A DNA stretch of 64,000 nt. Origin: Eledone cirrhosa (lineage: Eukaryota). The stretch spans positions 209,498,001-209,562,000 of the forward strand of contig OZ024740.1 of the NCBI GenBank assembly GCA_964016885.1, in the 5' to 3' direction. The notes under the pieces were generated by a model. The model was not told where the DNA came from and did not search any database. It saw nothing but the letters and a program-made list of their open reading frames with translations. A program made the translations under genes and the position numbers. Of this stretch, positions 53,786 through 64,000 are shown in pieces (position 1 is the first letter of the stretch; the number at the start of each line of letters is the position of its first letter).

Positions 53786-56312
53786 GAAAAGTAGTCTAAC
53801 AAATTGGGCTTAAAAGCCCCTGGACATAAAAATTTTCACTATCAGGAATCAGCTTGTGGAAAGGCCAGTTGTCTGCTGCAGGTAACAGTTTCTTAGGAAG
53901 TTCTAGTATGTATTCTTGACAGTTAGGTAATAAAATATTATTCCATCGTCCTCGAACCTCCCACATCTACCACAAACAAAAATATTTGCAATGTATTAAA
54001 ATTCACAGCCTATGAGCTTATAGTCCAATTTATTCACTAATGGCAGACATATACATTGTTAGCTGCTTATATAATTGTTTCTACTTAAGGCACTAGGCCA
54101 GCAATTATCCCAGTATATTAATGGTGTTTTATTTTATCGACCCCGTAAGGATGAAAGGCAAAGTTAACCTCGATGGGATTTGAACTCAGACCGTAAAGGG
54201 CCATAACTCTATGCTGCTAAGCATGGTGTCTAACCCTCTACAGATACTGCTAATCCACATTATATAAGCTACTTATATAATGACATGTAATAGATAAATA
54301 TTCTATGGTCTCGTAACTCCTAGTGGAGTCAAAGAGGCACTGTAGTGACATAGTGTTTCTTGGACATTTTAAGACTGGCAGAGCCCATCCCTCTTCAGGT
54401 CTGACTACAGTAGATTTCTTCCATACAAAGGATAGAAAGTGAGCGGGAGGAAGTGAGAAAGATATGTAGAGGAAGAATTGACCCCACTACTAGACTAGTA
54501 CTTTTTTTTATCAACCTCAAAAGGATGAAAGGCAGAGAGCTGGAATGAGTACCACAAAGCATTCTATCCAATGTTCTAACGACTCTGCCAATTTACTCCC
54601 TTAAAAATATATAAACCTTTTAAAACAAACAGCATTATACCATAGATCCAGGAGCAATTCCAGCTGGTTTGGTATCAAAAGAGTTATCATTATCAGCTGG
54701 TTATTTTTATCAAAATCAGTAGGCCTCAAATTTTTTTATTTGCTTAATGTTATCAACCAGTTATTGTTATCCAAAATCCTTTGTCTCCAAGTGATCTTAA
54801 TAAGCAGCTTCCAATATATTTCTCAGTTTACAGAACATAATCACTCTGAAAGATAAAGCATGTATATAAAAATGTACACACTATCTCACTCTCTGTCTAT
54901 ATTTGCCCCTCTCTCTGTCTGATTTGTCCCCCCCCCCCTCCATATGGAAAGGGGTTGATTTATGAGGAGATTTATTTGAAGTTTAGTTTCATATCATTAC
55001 TTTATTTGTTCATGGATTATCAATGTTTTCTTTATCATCTTTGTTACCAACAGTGATAAAATATTTCTTTTATTCATTGGGGAAAGGCCTCTGTTTTATA
55101 TTGCTTTTACCATTAGAAACATTAGGAAATAAATTCGATTTATAGTTTTATTTACAAATACACACATACATACGCACACACATTTCTTTTTTTTCACTTT
55201 TAGTCATTGGATAAACTGTTTTTGGACATTGCAGTCATGCTGGGGCACTGGCTATAAGTATTTAGCTGATCATCATCATCATCATTTAACGTCCATTTTC
55301 CACGTTAGTATGGGTAGGACAGGTTGTCTCTTTGGGAGAGACCAGATTGGAGGATCGTGTTTCACTCACATAGGGCTGATTTTGGCTTGGTTTCTACAGC
55401 TGGATGCCCTTCATACCGCCAACCGCATTTATAGTGTATGCAGGGTGCTTTTTGTCGTGACACCTACATGGCCATTTTACAGCGTGGACTGGGCACTTTT
55501 TGTTGTGTCGCTGACATGTGGACTGGGTGCTTTTTGTCATGACTCCTACAAGACCACTTTACATATTGACCTAATTAGTTATTTTATTGATTTATATTTG
55601 TTGAACTGGTAAGTCACCATATTATGCTCCTAGTCCATGCTGTAAAGTGGTAGTAGTGGTGATATGAAAAACACACTTGTGCTATTATTATCAAGAACAT
55701 ACCCAGCACACTTTATAATGTGTTGGTGTTAAGAAGGGCATCCAGCTGTAGAAACTATATCAAATGCAGAACATAATCAGCAAGGTTGGTCACTCTGACC
55801 TGTGTGGTCTCAGACCGTGAGAATCTGTTCAATTCATGCCAATGTGGAAAGAGGATGTAAAATAATGATGATATGTGTGTAAGTATTGTTTGCTAATGTA
55901 TATCAAACACATATCAGAAATGCACTGTCCCAGTGATTGGTCCATTCAAATCTTATAATCAATGACGTCTCTTTTCACAAAAATGCATGGTAGAAAATAA
56001 ATAAAAATAATTTTTTTCTCACCTGACTCAGCTGTCTCTCTCATTGTGTGCATGTGAAAACATGGTGCTTCAGTGGTTAAGGTGCTGGGTTATAAGTTTG
56101 AAAAAGTCACAAATACAATACCTCTAGAAATGTTCTGGTGTTAAGCAGGTTACATAATGCTTAATTCATTTTTACTTAAATTACGTAAGCCAAACATTGA
56201 AGGTGGGTATGTGAATATATATGTATATATATGTGAATAATATATATATATATATAAAATAAATAAGTCAAATATGTAAAATTTGGCTTTGTTTATTATA
56301 AATTATAGGTAT

Positions 56313-56367
56313 ACTGCTATATATATTTCGGTGGCAGCCATCATTGGCTGTGACCTCTTCAGGCAGT
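56313..56367 (-). ncRNA. Canonical minimal type I hammerhead ribozyme
   Basis: Minus strand: ACUGC-CUGAAGA-GGU(CA)CAGCCA-AUGA-UGGCUG(CC)ACC-GAAA-UAUAUA-UA^GCAGU. All core bases and three stems are present; it lies in a TA-flanked insert at about 56256-56495. Confidence 0.88.
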
Positions 56368-56519
56368 TCGAATTGGTGTGGGAAAGACAAGTACACATGT
56401 TGTTGAAGTGTGTTTTACTCCGTCAATACATCGATATGTCCAGCTTCTGGTTGTGTTGTTATTTCTCTGAGGAACTGGAATCATATACTCAAAATATATA
56501 TATATATGTGAATATATCC

Positions 56520-57001
56520 ATATATATAAAGTTGTATTGCTGTCTGTTTGTTTGTTCACGAACTACTCCTATGGTTTTGGAGATAGACCCCCATAACCAT
56601 ATATATTCTGAAACTACATTGCCCAGGGTACTTGGATAAGTATATTTCATTTTAATCAAAGAGTTCCTCGGGGGCACAAAACCCCTGCTGAACATTTTTT
56701 ACCTTTGATTTATATGAAATTTAAACCATAGGTAAATGCCTATTCACAAAAGATTTGAATTGATATTTTGAAAAAAATTATTTACAAGAAACAAAATAAG
56801 AATAAGATTTAATAATATAATTTTGATTTGATATATTACAAAAAATAATGGTTTCCAATTTTTCATGCATTACATTTTACATTGAGTAATATTGAAATGC
56901 AGAGTTTTTCTCCTTAAATTATATCACTGATTTAAAATCAATCATCATTTTCTTACTAATAAAAATGTGTGAAATGCAGCAAGGCCCAGGTAATTTGGCT
57001 A

Positions 57002-57003
<2 letters not shown>
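56520..57003. mobile_element. Helentron/DINE-like element, opposite orientation to 28351-29194
   Basis: 56640-56740 is reverse-complement similar to 28950-29045; ends ..GGCCCAGGTAATTTGGCTAGTA. Confidence 0.6.
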
Positions 57004-57036
<33 letters not shown>

Positions 57037-57219
57037 ATTAACAGTTTGACTTACTCTTGTATTATCAGTGGTTAGTTTAGGTGTGTTTATGCCTAACAAA
57101 ATAACTGGTAATGCACGAATATGTCAAATTTAATACAAATATTTTCAATTTTCACATTATGTGTTGATTGCTCTTTTCACTTGTTTTTCCCAGCACCTGT
57201 GTGTGTATACATATATATA

Positions 57220-57450
57220 TCTCCTATAATGGGAATAAAAGACCGTGTGATCTTTGTGTTGCTGAAGCCCTGAAAATCCTTTACGCCAACGAACGAATCT
57301 TAAGTAAAAAATCTGAGGCAATTTCGGCTTGTAAACATAAACTGTATAAAACTTTTTTGTATTACAGCCCAAAGCTATATCCTAACAGATAGTATGGGGA
57401 CTATGCTGATGATATACATCATGATGTAGTAGCTAAGAACTTTACACTCA

Positions 57451-57455
<5 letters not shown>
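57220..57455 (+). mobile_element. 3' end of a second Penelope-like family (GIY-YIG C-terminus + decayed hammerhead)
   Basis: SYNGNKRPCDLCVAEALKILYANERILSKKSEAISACKH resembles the PLE motif CxLCxxExxxI..LNK+SExxxxCRH. CTGATGA follows the stop; TA-flanked. Confidence 0.7.
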
Positions 57456-57499
<44 letters not shown>

Positions 57500-57507
57500 T
57501 ATATACA

Positions 57508-57770
57508 CACACTGTAAAGTGGTCAACTAGGTGTTGCAACAAAAAGCACCCAGTCCACACTGTAAAGTAGTTGTGTAGGCATCATGACAAAAAGTACCCA
57601 GCACACACTGTAAATGTGGTTGGCATAAGGAAGGGCATCCAGCCATAGAAATCAAGCCAAAATCAGTTCTGTGTGAGCGAATCACGGTCCCCTGACCTGA
57701 TCTCGCACAATGGGACAGCCCGTCCTACCCATGCTAGCATGGAAAATGGATGTCAAATGACGATGATGAT
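57508..57770 (+). mobile_element. SINE family B-type body/tail
   Basis: AAAAAGCACCCAGTCCACACTGTAAAG..GGAAGGGCATCCAGC..GGAAAATGGATGTCAAATGACGATGATG. Confidence 0.8.
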
Positions 57771-59377
57771 ATATATATATACAGATATGTGTATGCATGT
57801 GTATATATATATGTGTATATATATGTATGTATGGTCCCATAACTCCTGATATAATTGTAGGGGCACCGTATTGACATACAGTGTTTCTTGGGCATTTATT
57901 AAGCCTGGCAGACCCATGCAGATTTCTTCCAAAGAAAGATAGACAGTGAGAGAGAGAAAAAGATAAAGAGGAAGAATTGACCCCAGTACTAGACTGATAC
58001 TTTTTTTATCGACCTCAAAAGGATGAAAGGCAAAGGTAACCTTGGTGGGATTTGAACTCAGAGAGCTGGAACGAATACCTTAAAGCATTCTATCTGACAT
58101 TCTAACGACTCTGTCAATTCGCCACCTTGTAGGTGTGTATGTATATATGTATATGTATGTGTGAATATATAAGTGTATGTATGCATGCGTGTATATGCAA
58201 GTATCAGGGTTGCAGGTGTTATATCAGAGTTTTCCTTCTCCTAGAATTCTGCCTTGACAAAGGCTAAGGGGTCATCTCTCCCGGTGATTTTGGATGGCCA
58301 TTGACTCTTAAGAGCTCCTTTGCTTTTTGACAGGTTTTGTTTTTAGTCCTGCAGGATGTCCAAAGTCACCCTCCTCACCAAGAAACCTTGGTGGAGTTGC
58401 CAGTTTAGTCGCCAACGACCCGACCATGAGACAGGTTGTACTGGGATACATGTTACCAGTAGCACCAACTTCTTTTTGGTAAATATCATCTTGGTTAAGA
58501 GAGTGGGACTGGCTTTGTGCAGTGCCTTTGCTCACTATAAAAGCTTCACGGCACAAGCATTGCTTTATATCTGGAGATCTCTCTGCACTTGTCATCACAT
58601 GGTACCATGGGCCCAGCACTATGTATCAATAATTGTCACAAGTGTAGTGTTTGTACCAGAGTTTTCAAGTCACTGGCTGGACTAAAAAGTCACACTCGTT
58701 CAGCGCATCGGTAGGAGTTCTCCTACATGGATATAAAGTAGTGGCCGTACTCGAAAACGAGTTGGCAGCCACCATATGCATGTGTACATGTATATATATG
58801 TATAATTTTCATACACTATATTTTCATTTATACATGCATCCACACTGGTCAGCACATACTTATGTATGAGCCTAAATTCAAAAGCATTATTATTAATTTT
58901 CTTATTTTTATTACTTTTACTATTATTAATACCTTCAATATTTTTATGTTTAATCATTTTACTAATTAATATCATTTTCCATTTATGGGAGCTGGAAATT
59001 ATTTGGTTATTCAAAAAAGAATACTAATCTCTTGATTTTTCCCATAGCAAGAATTTGTTCTTCCCACTCCACATAATGACATAATTCTCCTTGCATATAT
59101 TTCACTCATCTCAAGAGAACGTCCTCATGCACCACTTTTATGTCTTCGTATTTTCTAAAGGTCGTAATTTCTTTTTAATATTTACTTCTGCATCTACAGA
59201 TTGATTTTTCTCAGTTTCAGATGATTCCACTTGGGGTGAAAGCCAACATTTTTTGCTTCAAAATTTAATTGTACTTATAATGAATATTTGCTATATGGGT
59301 TTATATATATATACAACCCTTATTGAGTCCTCTTTGCATTTTGGTCTTTGTATTTATTATTACTATATATATATATG

Positions 59378-59560
59378 TAATTGTTTCTACTTTTGGCACA
59401 AGGCCAGCAATTATCTCAGTGTATTACTGGTACTTTATTTTATCGACCCTGTAAGGATGAAAGGCAAAATTAACCTCGGCGGGATTTGAACTCAGACCAT
59501 AAAGGGCCGTAATTCTTTGCTGCAAAGCATGGCGTCCGACCCTCTACCGATACTGCCAAA
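59378..59560 (-). mobile_element. SINE family A copy
   Basis: Reverse complement of the consensus. Confidence 0.88.
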
Positions 59561-60593
59561 AATCTCCGATCGCTTTCCCACTCACTCAATGTTCTAATTA
59601 AGCTAGTATCCTTATGAAAACAGAGTGTACACTACTACATTAAATAGTGAGAAAAGTGATTTTGAGTGGGTGTATATATATATAAGAGAGAGAGAGAGAG
59701 AGTTATTGTATGTGAAAGTAGCATCAACATTGTTTGACTATGATAAATAGTCTAAGTTAGGCATATAAACCCTGAAGATAGAAACAATTTTGTTCAGCAC
59801 TGCCTGTGGGACTCAAACCCACCCCTGTAATATCCCATTTTTTGTTATTATCTCAGCTTGTAAAACACAACAAAAAAGTTCATAGATAAAATTATGTTTG
59901 AAAGTTTTAATATAAATCTGAACACTTTAAAATAGTTTTATTTCATAGATCCCGGGGCAGTTTCACATAGGTTGACAACAAAAGGGTTAATCCTGTTATT
60001 AGATAACTTAACTACTCAATCACTTTTGCCTATTGATTTTACTAAGATTACATGAATTTTTACATTAACTTTTTTTTTAAATTTGTACAAGTTGGTTTTA
60101 GCATAAATGATAGATTTTAATATTCACTGTCCTCAATGCTCACCATTTAATGGGAATGTTATTTTCAGTTATATGAGGCAAGTAGAAACGGGGGCTTTAT
60201 TTTACAGTAACCCAGTGACATAGTTTGAGCTGAGGGTCTTCATTTTTTTTTTATATCAAACCACCTGAAACTCTCCCTAGTTCTATGTTACAAAACTGTT
60301 TGTTTTCGAGTGTTTCTATTTATCTAAAATAAATTAAAAAAACACTCCCCCATAATTTTGTGTAAGAATAATGAGTATGCTAGTCATGTTACTAAATCGC
60401 TCAAAACTTTTGATTATTTTCAAAAGGACTTGAAAATTATACGCAGTACTTTTTCTTAGAAATATAGTAATGATAATGATAGGGTTTATATTTACCCCCC
60501 CCCCCCCATACCCCCACCTCCACAAAAAAATATTTTCATCATAATTCTATGTAAGAACCTTTAATAAAGGTTGTCCATGCCTGCTCTATGCCA

Positions 60594-60783
60594 TAATTGT
60601 TTCTACTTTTGACACAAGGCCAGCAATTACCCAGTGCATTACTGGTACTTTATTATATCGACCCCGTAAGGATGAAAGGCAAAGTTAACCTCGGCGGGAT
60701 TTGAATTCAGAATGGCAAGAGCCGTAACTCTATGCGTCAAAGCATGGCGGCCGACCCTCTACCGATACTGCCAATCCACCGCC
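60594..60783 (-). mobile_element. SINE family A copy
   Basis: Reverse complement of the consensus. Confidence 0.9.
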
Positions 60784-62007
60784 TATTGCCAATCCAGCTT
60801 AATAATGAGAAAATTATATTGCTAAATTCCTCAAAGTTCTTAGTTATTTTTCAAAATGATTCCAAAATTCTAGGCAATGTTTGTTTGCTTGTTTTTTAAA
60901 TATGTTAAATAAAAGGTTAAATACCCCCACCCTGACATAATCTAATGTATATTTATAATTTTGTTGTATTTGTTTTTGAAAGTGATGAACTGTCATTATC
61001 ACCACTTATATTCCTGACAAACATTAAGCTTGGCTTAAAAGTCATCAATAGTGCAGTGCACTAATAAATAAACCTATTAAGATCTGTACCTATAAATTTG
61101 ATTCAGTCTCTTTAGTTATTACAAATTATATCCCAATTATTTGGAGTAAAACTAAATAATTTTCATTTTTCATTTGACACACACAATAAATAAAAATGTA
61201 CTTCAAGCTGGAAGTACTCCGTGAATATGTCACCAGTGTGAATGAATTATTTTTTATTGCAGTTTATGAACGTCCTTTTAACTATAGTTGTTTAAGTTCA
61301 CTTTTTTTATTATTATTATGTTCTACTTTTCATGTTATGGCAGTCGAGTGAAAATACTTTTAGTGATGCTTTTGAAATGTATTTAACAAAAAATATGTAC
61401 TGCGGCAAATTTGTTTATCATCATCGTCATTTTATTTTACGTCCGCTTTTTCCCTGCTTGCAAGGGTGGGACATATTTTTGTTATTTTTAATGTAACTAT
61501 TTTATTATCATTAATTATTGTTACTGTGCAAGGGGTTAAAAAATTAAAGTACATTAATCAATTTTAAAGCTATTTACATAATAATTTTTATTTGATGGCA
61601 CATGTACCATGTTTTAAGTATGTGTGTATTATCGTTATCAGTATGTAAGAATATTTGTACACACATACACACACATATTAGCAGGCTAAACGGATGTTAA
61701 ATGATGATGATATAGTCCAAACCATGCCAGTATGGAAAACGGATGTAAAACAGTGATGATAATATGATGATATATAAGTTAGTGTTGATATGTATAGGTG
61801 TCCCAAATGTACAGCTGCTGTATATCTTCATTTATTGATTTGAAATTCTTCTTTGATTTTTTTTTTCTGGTGCATTTATACGAAATATCTGAAATACTAA
61901 ATTCAAACAACTACATTGTAGAATGATATATGAGGCAAATGTAAAAATGTGCTTTACTTTCAACAGATGGTCTCAGATCAAGTCACTCACTTGTCAGACA
62001 TGTTTAA

Positions 62008-62188
62008 CCCTTTAGCATTTAAACAGGCCATATGCCGTATTGAGCCAGAATTTTCTCACCTCTTTCTGTTCAAACATTGTTCTCAAAATAAATAATATTA
62101 AATTTCTTATAGATTCGATATTATGTGAGGTAAAGCCTTTACCATGAAAATATGATAGTAAATATTGAGTAATATAAATGCTAAAGGG
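62008..62188. mobile_element. piggyBac-type MITE (family 1)
   Basis: TTAA-CCCTTTAGCATTTA...TAAATGCTAAAGGG-TTAA. Confidence 0.85.
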
Positions 62189-62937
62189 TTAAGTTTGAAA
62201 TACAAAATTCAGAAACAAAAGAAGAATGGATTTCTATCACTTTCAACATTGAGTATTCCAGTTATTTGATGAATAGAATGGCTTGCTCATAAAATTAACA
62301 TGTAAATGGCTAAGCATTCTACTGACATCTGTACCTAAAACATAAATCCGTCAGCTAGGACTCTGAGGTGGCTTGCACCTGGGGTTCTGCACACCAATTT
62401 TGAAAATAATCAAGTATTTGGAGGAACTTAAAATAACTAAGCTTTTCATTAGTAAGCTGATATTTATTACATATCTGAGATATATCATCTAGACAAGAAT
62501 GTAGAGTCTGCCCATCCCTTTCCTTCCTTTTACATTATTTCATTTTTTTTTCTCTTCCAGTTTAAAATAAGATTTGTTTCTATATTTCAAAGTTAAAAGA
62601 ACATATTATATCTTTCATAATTGTTTCCAACATAGACACAAAGTAAGTAATTTGTGGTGGGAAGGGGAAAAGTCGATTAAATCGATCCCAGTATTTTATT
62701 TTGTCAGACCTGGAAGGGTGAAAGGCAAAGTTGACCTCAGAAGGAATTGAACTCAGAATGTAAAGAGCTGGAAGAAGTACTGCAAAGCATTTTCCCGCCC
62801 ACAAGATTCTACTGATTCTGCCAATCCACCCACTTCTATAGCTTTCATATCATCATCATAATACTTGTAATATATGCTGAATGAAATAGTGGCTGTTTCT
62901 GCTGACCTCTTCAAATGACTATCTCCCTCTCTCATAT

Positions 62938-63250
62938 ATCATTTCATTTCATTTTACGTCCACTTTTCCCTGCTTGCAAGGGTGGGACGGGAACTGATTC
63001 TGGATGCCCTTCCTAACACCAACCTCATTTACAGTGAGTGGTGGGTGCTTTTGTTTTTTGCCGTGGCGCCTACACGTCCACTTTACAGTGAGTGCTGGGT
63101 GCTTTTGTGCCGTGGCACCTCCACGACCACTTTGCAGCTGAGTAAACTGGAGCAATGTGAAATAAAGTGTCTTGCTCAAGGAAACAACACATCACCAGGT
63201 CTGAGAATTTTCAATTGCAAGGCCAATGCTCTAACCACTAAGCCATTGCC
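62938..63250 (-). mobile_element. SINE family B copy with internal deletions
   Basis: Reverse complement of 17354-17696 with gaps. Confidence 0.85.
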
Positions 63251-64000
63251 TATATATATAAAAAGAAACACACAAAGTAATTATTTTATTTCAAATTGCT
63301 ATTTCTAAGCCACTTAATTAAAGGACTGGTACTTATCTTTCCATTTGGTTCATATAGACTTTACTTTTGCCTTAAGCAGCATGTAGCAAGTGTAAAAGAT
63401 ACTCAGTTATTAGCTATTCTTTTTTATATGATATAAATATTTCAGCATACATAAATTAAACTCTCTTCAAGTGTAAAGTAAGCAAATTCACTAATCTCTG
63501 TAAAGATTTTATAAACATAACATGTTCTATCTGATATCTCAAATACCTTGGTACATGTTTGTTTATTTTTTGTTTTTTCACAATGATATATATGTGTTTG
63601 TGTGTATACATATATATATATATATACACACACTCATGTAAATAAGACTGTTATTACTCCAATCAGTCTTATAACCCTTAGCAAATACCCAAAACTAAAT
63701 GTCAATATGTACTCATGTCTCTTGTTAGACAAACAGTACTCACCCTCCAAATTCAGCAAATCAAACATGGACCACCTATTCTCCCCAACTCGGCTTACGC
63801 AACCAGACCATAATAGCCACCTAATGGAGAAGACAGACTTTATCAAGCTGCAGCTGTCATGTTACATAGTTTCTATATAATAAAGCCCAAACTATTATTA
63901 TCTGCAGTGACTACGACTCCATTATATAATAGGCCATGCTCCACCCTCTCCTGTAGTCTCTCGACCTTAGACCCTCAAACTATCCACTTAAATGACATGA

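Overview
AT-rich, repeat-saturated animal genomic DNA with no recognisable intact host protein-coding gene; it is probably intronic or intergenic. The repeat content suggests a coleoid cephalopod such as an octopus (inference). It includes long (TA)n microsatellites, two abundant tRNA-derived SINE families, RTE, Tx1 and CRE LINE relics, piggyBac/mariner/hAT-type MITEs and Helentron-like elements. Almost all ORFs in the track are microsatellite or SINE artefacts. The main signal is a set of Penelope-like elements and hammerhead ribozymes (HHRs), mostly sitting in TA microsatellites. (1) A non-coding 768-bp element at 11431-12198 has two identical 175-bp direct repeats 593 bp apart, each with a type I HHR on the minus strand, i.e. 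a retrozyme-like architecture that predicts a 593-nt self-cleaved and possibly circular RNA. (2) A 5'-truncated, frameshifted Penelope-like retroelement (RT + GIY-YIG) at 29451-31690 has inverted HHR-bearing termini. (3) Several further HHR motifs occur, including a canonical one at 56313-56367. (4) Five TA-flanked fold-back palindromes are present. The compensatory U3-A8 HHR core recurs in three unrelated sequence families. Also notable are a ~0.7-kb inverted duplication with a candidate spliced exon (16.9-21.6 kb), a SINE-derived 60-bp minisatellite and a repeat/(TA)n-spacer array.
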